DNA of 64,000 nucleotides, from IMG/VR virus record IMGVR_UViG_3300010158_000060, positions 1 to 64,000 of that record; one strand, 5' to 3'. Under the pieces are notes generated by a model, which made no database searches, was not told the DNA's origin, and saw only the letters and a program-made list of their open reading frames with translations. The stretch is from a virus. Positions within the stretch are counted from its first letter, which is position 1, and every line of letters begins with the position of its first letter. Shown here in pieces: positions 58,178-64,000 of the stretch. Both the position numbers and the translations under genes were made by a program.

Positions 58178-59026
58178 TTATAGAATCTCCAAGTATTTAT
58201 TATACTTTCTTGTTATATACATATCTGCTATAGGATTGTTATATACAGCTTTTAATAAAGGTAAATACATTTTACCAATAAAATTTATTGAATATACATT
58301 AACAGAATACTTAATCTTGTAAGGTTTAACTTTAACAGTTTTACCTAAAATAAACTCACAAAATTTTTTAAATGCCTTAATAGTATCTTCTGTACCAACT
58401 AAAGATATTCCGTAAGTTGTGTACTTTTTTTGATACTTAAAAATACATCCATCTCCATCAAGCATACCTCTCCAAAAGTGAGAATTATATAAATAACAAT
58501 CAGGAACTTTATAGTCAGTTGTTTTGTTTTTTATAATACCTCTTTCTTCAAAAAACTTTCTAAATGTTGAATCAGAAATAGTTAATCTTACAGATTGTTT
58601 CATTGTATACAAAGGACCTGTATAATTAAAATAATTACTTACTTTTTCAAGTATTTCTTTATCTGTACTTTGTAAACCAAGTGAAAGACCTGATTTTTCA
58701 TTTGAACCATCTGCTGCATAAAGACCTGCTATATAAGCAGTTATTTCATTATCTACTAGTTTATCTACATTAACTGTATACTTCTTGTTTTTTACACCAA
58801 TACATTTTACAGCTTCTTTTTGTAAACAACCACATGATTGTACTTTAGATTTATTCAAAGAGGAAAAATCTGTATTAGTAATATTACCACAATCACATTG
58901 ACACTTAATATAATAAGCTCCCCATTTGTTTTTATGTGATAATTTTATTACTTGAAGTCTACCAATCTTAGGTAAAGCTATTAACATATCCTTGTATGTT
59001 CTATAAGTTCCTGTTTGTGCTCTCAT
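58178..59026 (-). CDS. Free-standing double-motif LAGLIDADG homing endonuclease with N-terminal Cys-rich domain
   Basis: AYIAGLYAADGS and HFWRGMLDGDGCI motifs, with an N-terminal GRLQV...CQCDCGN...SCGC. Probable start is MRAQ at 59026. Confidence 0.8.
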   Translation of the reverse strand: MRAQTGTYRTYKDMLIALPKIGRLQVIKLSHKNKWGAYYIKCQCDCGNITNTDFSSLNKSKVQSCGCLQKEAVKCIGVKNKKYTVNVDKLVDNEITAYIAGLYAADGSNEKSGLSLGLQSTDKEILEKVSNYFNYTGPLYTMKQSVRLTISDSTFRKFFEERGIIKNKTTDYKVPDCYLYNSHFWRGMLDGDGCIFKYQKKYTTYGISLVGTEDTIKAFKKFCEFILGKTVKVKPYKIKYSVNVYSINFIGKMYLPLLKAVYNNPIADMYITRKYNKYLEIL

Positions 59027-59030
59027 AGAA

Positions 59031-59038
59031 CAAATATA
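59031..59038 (-). promoter_or_regulatory. Bacteroidota-type -7 promoter element
   Basis: TATATTTG on the - strand immediately upstream of the LAGLIDADG start. Confidence 0.5.
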
Positions 59039-59068
59039 CAAATAATATACTACATTCCTAACATATTT

Positions 59069-59509
59069 TCATTTAGAACGGAAGAATCTACCTAAGATGT
59101 TTCCATTAAGAAACTGTTCTTTTTCAAGTACTTCCATACAAAATTGATGTTTAGTTTCTTGATAAGTAAGCTCCATACTTGAATAACATATTTTAAGTAT
59201 TTCTCTTTTTATTGTCACACCTTGCTTATGTGCTTGCTTTAGTACTGCATTTGAACTGTAGTAATTAAGAAAATCCGGTCTAATAACCAGTTTATATTTC
59301 TTTAACCTTTTATCAGTAGTCACAGCTAAAGCTTTTTTACCAAGTGGTCTTTTTATATTAGCAAAGAAATTTTTCTTGCCTATGTAAGAAACAGACTTAC
59401 CATCTATTATAGCTGTCATAAGATAAATAAATCCTATTCCTCCTTCTGGGATATCTAGTTCACTAAATACTTTACCTTTATAAGTCCAAAAATCTATTGG
59501 TTGATTCAT
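59069..59509 (-). CDS. GIY-YIG (Seg-like) nuclease-family protein
   Basis: GFIYLMT...SYIGKK, YYSS, REIL, a conserved E in LTYQE, and LNGNI. Confidence 0.7.
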   Translation of the reverse strand: MNQPIDFWTYKGKVFSELDIPEGGIGFIYLMTAIIDGKSVSYIGKKNFFANIKRPLGKKALAVTTDKRLKKYKLVIRPDFLNYYSSNAVLKQAHKQGVTIKREILKICYSSMELTYQETKHQFCMEVLEKEQFLNGNILGRFFRSK

Positions 59510-60480
59510 AATAATGTTTTAATTAATTGAAATACTATGTTTCTTGTTTCTTCAAGACCTCTTACTTCTACTGTGTCAGATATATCTTTTTCAAATGGAA
59601 GAACTATATAATCAAAACCATATCTTTTCTTGTAAGTTTTAGCTGCTTCAATACCGGGCTCATCATTATCAAAAATCACTATTATTTTAGCATACTTATG
59701 TGTATACTTTTTTATAAGATTTTCTGCAATAACAGTATTTTCACTGTCCGGAGCAATAGATTCAGTATTTCCAATTCCAAGAGTTTTGAAAGACATGATA
59801 TCTTTCAAAGATTTAGTTATTATTAGATACTTAGACTCAAAATTAACTTGTTCAGAACCTTGAATATAATCAGAGACTTTAATAAACTTACTTTTTTTAT
59901 TTTTAGGTTGATAGATCTTATACAAAGTACCATCTTTTCTAAAATAACCATAAGTATAATTATTCTCAAATCTTAATTCTTTTAGCTCACCATCATTATC
60001 TGTTTTACTAAGTATAAAATACTTCAGTGGTTGAACATTATGCTCATTTAATAGTTTAGAACCTATTTTATAGCTCATCCAGAAATCCTGATCAAGATTA
60101 TTCCAGTGTCTTATTTCATAATCAGAAACTTCATATCTGCTTTCGGCCACATACTCTCTGGGAGTAATATCATGCCTAGAAATGTATTCTGAATAGTCAT
60201 CCATTATCTTTCTTACAGCAATACCTCTAGATTCTAGATTATAATAGTGTAACACAAAATCAATTGTATCACCAGATTTACCAGTAGAGAAATCCTTAAA
60301 CCTATACTTACCCATTTTATCTGAATATATACAAAAGGAAGGTGTCTTCTCTGCAGAAAATACTGATTTAATTTTAACATCTTGTCCAATAAGTTTTTCT
60401 GGAAGATTAAGATAAAATTCAAATACCCATTCTGTAGGAACCTGATTCAAATCATATATAATTGCTTTAGTAGAAATCAT
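59506..60480 (-). CDS. DNA primase (Toprim)
   Basis: EKTPSFCIY..FKDFSTGKSGD, LIITKSLKDIM, APDSE, FDNDEPG and KDISD. Confidence 0.85.
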   Translation of the reverse strand: MISTKAIIYDLNQVPTEWVFEFYLNLPEKLIGQDVKIKSVFSAEKTPSFCIYSDKMGKYRFKDFSTGKSGDTIDFVLHYYNLESRGIAVRKIMDDYSEYISRHDITPREYVAESRYEVSDYEIRHWNNLDQDFWMSYKIGSKLLNEHNVQPLKYFILSKTDNDGELKELRFENNYTYGYFRKDGTLYKIYQPKNKKSKFIKVSDYIQGSEQVNFESKYLIITKSLKDIMSFKTLGIGNTESIAPDSENTVIAENLIKKYTHKYAKIIVIFDNDEPGIEAAKTYKKRYGFDYIVLPFEKDISDTVEVRGLEETRNIVFQLIKTLL

Positions 60481-60498
60481 AACAATTTATTTTAGAAT

Positions 60499-60525
60499 AA
60501 AAAAGGGAGCACTGAGACTCCCTTT
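60499..60525 (-). terminator. Rho-independent terminator
   Basis: Stem AAAGGGAG / CTCCCTTT with a T-tract on the - strand, after 60544..61224. Confidence 0.75.
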
Positions 60526-60543
60526 CTCAAAAGTTAATTACTT

Positions 60544-61224
60544 TTAATCTAAGCTGAAGTCAGCAGCATTCTTACTTGGTATAGCTAAATCAGCATCTTC
60601 ACCAAATTCTTTTTTCTCAGTTACTTCAAGCTTTTTAAGGTGTTTAGTCTCATTATACTCAACAACTTTACCACTTTCAGAAGTACCGTAAGAGTATTTG
60701 TTACCTTCACCTTTTGGTAAATACAAATCATAGTTAGTATAACCAGTTTTACCCATATATTCTTTACCAGCTACACACCAGTTAAGATATGTATCTTTAA
60801 TTGGAGCATTTGCACTAAAGTTTTTAACAAACTCTTCAATAGTATCATATTTATTATCTTGAGCAATAAACCACTCATCAACACCATATGTGTGTGCTAA
60901 GTTCTTTAAGAAAATCATAATTGATCTATCTCTTTGAATCTTAATACCAGATTTTGTTTCACCATCAGCAAATGCATATTGACTAGCTTTTAATCTACCA
61001 ATTTGACCTGCATAATGACCTTTACTTTCATCATCTTTGTCAATCAAAAACCCTTCAAAATCATCAATAGCTGGAGTTTCTACATTCAATATTAAGTGAT
61101 ATGCACCTTCAATAAATGAAAAATCTTCTAAGTGAATAGAGTTAATTTTTAAAATTTGATTACCTGGTGTAATTGTTTTTGGCACCCCTGTGCCTTTTCC
61201 TAAATCAGTTGTACTTAAAGCCAT
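60544..61224 (-). CDS. Putative single-stranded DNA-binding protein
   Basis: Lies directly after the Sak4-like gene and before primase, has an acidic/aromatic tail (ADFSLD) and its own terminator. The call is by synteny only. Confidence 0.45.
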   Translation of the reverse strand: MALSTTDLGKGTGVPKTITPGNQILKINSIHLEDFSFIEGAYHLILNVETPAIDDFEGFLIDKDDESKGHYAGQIGRLKASQYAFADGETKSGIKIQRDRSIMIFLKNLAHTYGVDEWFIAQDNKYDTIEEFVKNFSANAPIKDTYLNWCVAGKEYMGKTGYTNYDLYLPKGEGNKYSYGTSESGKVVEYNETKHLKKLEVTEKKEFGEDADLAIPSKNAADFSLD

Positions 61225-61259
61225 CTTTTTTTTCTTTTTTAATTATTAAACTTACTTTT

Positions 61260-61982
61260 TTATTTTACATATACTTCATCCCAAGAAACTTTTAATGTTC
61301 CATCAGTAGAATCAGCAATTACTATTTCTTTGTTTCTCAAGTGATCCGGTCTAGCACCACAAGTTACTTCATCATTTGTCTTAAAACTCAACATAGTTTT
61401 AGGACCCTTACGGTACATGTAGCCGATCGCGTCAGCATTAGCACAAACTAAAGATTTTATTTTACCTGTCAAATCTATATTAGCAGACATAACCATCTCA
61501 CCTTTATCATCAACTTGCTTGTCTTTGATGTGACCAGATAAGATTACATAGTCAGCTAATGTATCTACAAAATCCAATACTTGGAAAAAAGCTTGGCGAA
61601 TATACAAATAACCTGCACCATTTGGTAAAGTTGTTATATTATCTCCATCATAATTCTTTCCCATCGGTGTTTGACGGTAAATTTTTATTGCAAGTGGATG
61701 AATCATTTCTTCCAATGCAGTTACAGTATCTATAGTGATATAGGTATAAGGCTTATTAGCTTCTCTAATAGCTTTACCTGTATCCAATAACTCTTGTAAA
61801 CTAGTAATAGGAATTTTTAATGCTTCAATAAAATCTGCACCATGTTCTAAATCTAAGATTAAATTATTCTCAAGACCAGCATAACAAGTAGTTTTACCTG
61901 TTTTTGGTTTTGAATAAATAACCAATCTTTTAGGATTAGCTCTCTGAGCCTTTACCTTTGTAGTTGGAAGTACTATACTCAT
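61260..61982 (-). CDS. AAA_24 / Sak4-like ATPase (recombination)
   Basis: IYSKPKTGKTT, ILDLEHG, ITIDTVT, ILSGH, ADAIGY and CGAR. Confidence 0.8.
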   Translation of the reverse strand: MSIVLPTTKVKAQRANPKRLVIYSKPKTGKTTCYAGLENNLILDLEHGADFIEALKIPITSLQELLDTGKAIREANKPYTYITIDTVTALEEMIHPLAIKIYRQTPMGKNYDGDNITTLPNGAGYLYIRQAFFQVLDFVDTLADYVILSGHIKDKQVDDKGEMVMSANIDLTGKIKSLVCANADAIGYMYRKGPKTMLSFKTNDEVTCGARPDHLRNKEIVIADSTDGTLKVSWDEVYVK

Positions 61983-62674
61983 TACTTACTAATTAAATCA
62001 TTTAACCATTGCTTGTTACTTACAGGTTTTTTCCACATGATTGCTGCAAAATCTTGTATTGTCATTTCAGCAATATTTACATCTGGAATGCTAGGAATAG
62101 ATTTAATCTCTGACACAGAATTATTAGTTTTTGGTTTCAATTCTTCTGTAAAATCAGGAAAATCATTGTTATCAACTAAAGACTTTTGAAGTCTTGGTAG
62201 GTCTATATCAAAATCACCAGCTTTCTTTTTCTCTTCAAGTTCAGTAAGTCTTTTCTCAAACAAACCAAAACTTAATGTGGATCCATCAGAATTAACAGCT
62301 ACCAATTCTTGTAAAGGAACTGTGAATAAAGAATAGTCAGCACCTGTAGAAGATGTACCACTTTTCTTATCATACTCTTCTGAGTAGAAAGGATTATACC
62401 TATATCTAAACAATTGTCTGTTTTCATAGAATGGTTTAACATCTAAAATTGCTCCAGATGGATCAGTTACATTGTCATAAAATTCAATGTACAAATCTTC
62501 ACCTTTATTTAATTCAGACTCAAAAAATTGAACTTGTCTACCATATTTACCTTTTTGAAAAAAGGCTGTTTTAATCAAGAATGCAGGATCAGACTCTCCT
62601 ATCTTCTTAAAAGTTTCTATGTGATTCACATAGAATTCTTTCTCTCTTGTTTTTCTTACTGTTGTTACGCTCAT
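61982..62674 (-). CDS. Hypothetical replication-region protein (230 aa)
   Basis: Coupled to both neighbours. C-terminal MTIQDFAAIMWKKPVSNKQWLNDLI module. Confidence 0.7.
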   Translation of the reverse strand: MSVTTVRKTREKEFYVNHIETFKKIGESDPAFLIKTAFFQKGKYGRQVQFFESELNKGEDLYIEFYDNVTDPSGAILDVKPFYENRQLFRYRYNPFYSEEYDKKSGTSSTGADYSLFTVPLQELVAVNSDGSTLSFGLFEKRLTELEEKKKAGDFDIDLPRLQKSLVDNNDFPDFTEELKPKTNNSVSEIKSIPSIPDVNIAEMTIQDFAAIMWKKPVSNKQWLNDLISK

Positions 62675-63678
62675 ATTGTTGTAATTTTTGGTTTAATTGC
62701 TGTTGGTGGTGTTGGTACTTCTACAATCCTCATTGTAGTCCGATCAAGTTTAAAGAAGCTTATTCTAGTAGTACCATTCCTTGATTTAAGGAAATGAAAC
62801 ACTAAGATATCTTCATCCTGAATAATAAATTTCTCAGGACCATACAACCTAATTTTTCTTACAGAAGGCTTATTAATACCCATAACTACATCAGCATGTT
62901 GTAGCAAAGCATCAGACCCGTAAATATCAGAATCTAACACATAATTTCCATAAACACCTTCTTCCTGTCTTTTAGGATCATCTATGTTTCTGTTAAGTTG
63001 ACTTAGTACAATAAATGCTATAGGATATTTCTTTTTCATCATTGTGAGAGCCTCACCTAAGCTTCCAAGCATTTCAAATTTGTCTTTCTGTCCCTTACCA
63101 ACTTTAAATAAAGCTGAGTGATCTATAGCAACTAGCATGTTATTAAAAGTACCATCTTCATTTTTGTACTTATCCATTTCATAGTGTATAGTGGCACACA
63201 TCTCATCTACTGTACATGCATCATAGACAACATTAATCCTGTCCATTGCTTGCATGTTTTGGTAATACTTAACACATTCATCATAGATTCTCTTATCTAC
63301 AAGTTTCCCATCTTTACTCATTAATGTGTTGTAATCAGCACTTGTAATCAGACTTAGTTTTCTTACACCGCTAGTTTCATCTACCATCTCCATCTGAAAC
63401 TTTAAAACTCTAAAATATTGGTCACTGTTGTTAGCAATAATATCACTAATCAACTGCTCCATAAATAAAGTTTTACCAGTTCCAGGTCTGGCACCAACTA
63501 CGGTTATTGTTCTCCATTCAAGACCATCACAGAATGCATCATTAAATTTAGGCCAGGCACTCTTTAGGGATTTTAATGTACCTTGTCTCCTAGCTCTAAT
63601 TTTATAGAGTGCTTTTTCTACGGACTGCCTTTCACTAACAGGTAGCAAAGGTCTTGCACCATTAAATAAATTTGACAT
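62671..63678 (-). CDS. dnaB: DnaB-like replicative helicase (C-terminal ATPase domain only)
   Basis: VGARPGTGKT, FQMEM, AIDH, LSQLNR, SDIYGSDALLQHADVV and KSRNG. Confidence 0.9.
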   Translation of the reverse strand: MSNLFNGARPLLPVSERQSVEKALYKIRARRQGTLKSLKSAWPKFNDAFCDGLEWRTITVVGARPGTGKTLFMEQLISDIIANNSDQYFRVLKFQMEMVDETSGVRKLSLITSADYNTLMSKDGKLVDKRIYDECVKYYQNMQAMDRINVVYDACTVDEMCATIHYEMDKYKNEDGTFNNMLVAIDHSALFKVGKGQKDKFEMLGSLGEALTMMKKKYPIAFIVLSQLNRNIDDPKRQEEGVYGNYVLDSDIYGSDALLQHADVVMGINKPSVRKIRLYGPEKFIIQDEDILVFHFLKSRNGTTRISFFKLDRTTMRIVEVPTPPTAIKPKITTI

Positions 63679-63698
63679 ATGTGGATTTTAAAAATTGA

Positions 63699-64000
63699 TC
63701 ACACTATGTTGTCCCTAAAATAAGTAGGAACTTCATCTGCACCAGATACTACTAGTTCACAATATGTAGCCAGATCTGACTCAAAGGATTTATCCAAGTT
63801 TTGTTTGCGGATAAAATATTGTGAATTTCTCATGTATTCAAATCTTTTAAGCTCATATTCAGACACATATTTTTCAGTTGCATTTAAAATTGTTTCCCAG
63901 CTATAATCATAAGTTTCAAAAAACCACTTGAATGCTCCTTCTAGATTTTTAACATTTACTCTAGCAGGTTTGCCAGAGTTAAGTTTTCTATTAGGAAATA
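63699..64000 (-). CDS. C-terminal part of a replication-associated protein (partial; not in ORF track)
   Basis: Open frame FPNRKLNSGKPARVNVKNLEGAFKWFFETYDYSWETILNATEKYV...YMRNSQYFIRK...YFRDNIV*, directly upstream of dnaB. Confidence 0.65.
   Translation of the reverse strand, partial: FPNRKLNSGKPARVNVKNLEGAFKWFFETYDYSWETILNATEKYVSEYELKRFEYMRNSQYFIRKQNLDKSFESDLATYCELVVSGADEVPTYFRDNIV

Noticed and set aside
58060-59068. Group I intron or intein hosting the LAGLIDADG ORF
   Set aside because: The flanks are short and AT-rich with no room for an intron core, no interrupted host gene is evident, and no intein terminal motifs are seen.
1393-62797. The many 60-120 aa antisense or nested ORFs in the track (e.g. 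15486..15818, 33349..33708, 56067..56396)
   Set aside because: They lie wholly within long genes that have clear motifs and show the composition expected of shadow frames.
1-64000. Stop-codon reassignment (TAG or TGA recoding), known in some crAss-like phages
   Set aside because: Giant ORFs are intact under the standard code, and TAG (48977, 52086) and TGA (1033, 1732) end genes at sensible, tightly packed junctions.

Overview
This is a 64-kb, AT-rich, standard-genetic-code segment of a crAss-like (Crassvirales-related) phage, probably infecting Bacteroidota. The + strand (1-46596) carries the late/virion arm: an IHF-like gene, ring/tail-tube-like and muzzle/tail-stabiliser-like genes, then a run of very large putative ejected cargo proteins including a 3465-aa virion RNA polymerase (RIP...GGDFDIDKL). 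The - strand (46645-64000) carries the replication arm: MazG-like pyrophosphohydrolase, DUF932-like protein, family B DNA polymerase, PD-(D/E)xK nuclease, MoxR-type AAA ATPase with a zincin-VWA partner, two homing-endonuclease-like genes, primase, SSB-like protein, Sak4-like ATPase and DnaB helicase. The arms converge on a shared terminator at about 46.6 kb. The main unexplained patterns are: (1) cargo proteins punctuated by a recurrent x-[QK]-x-G-G motif and sharing a C-terminal tag; (2) head-to-tail terminal cysteines on three consecutive giant proteins; (3) a non-canonical tRNA-like cloverleaf in front of polB; (4) short direct repeats flanking in-frame or whole-gene cassettes; (5) a four-gene MoxR/VWA module with a paralogous motif in its two flanking genes. 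All family assignments come from motif reading and recall; no database searches were run.
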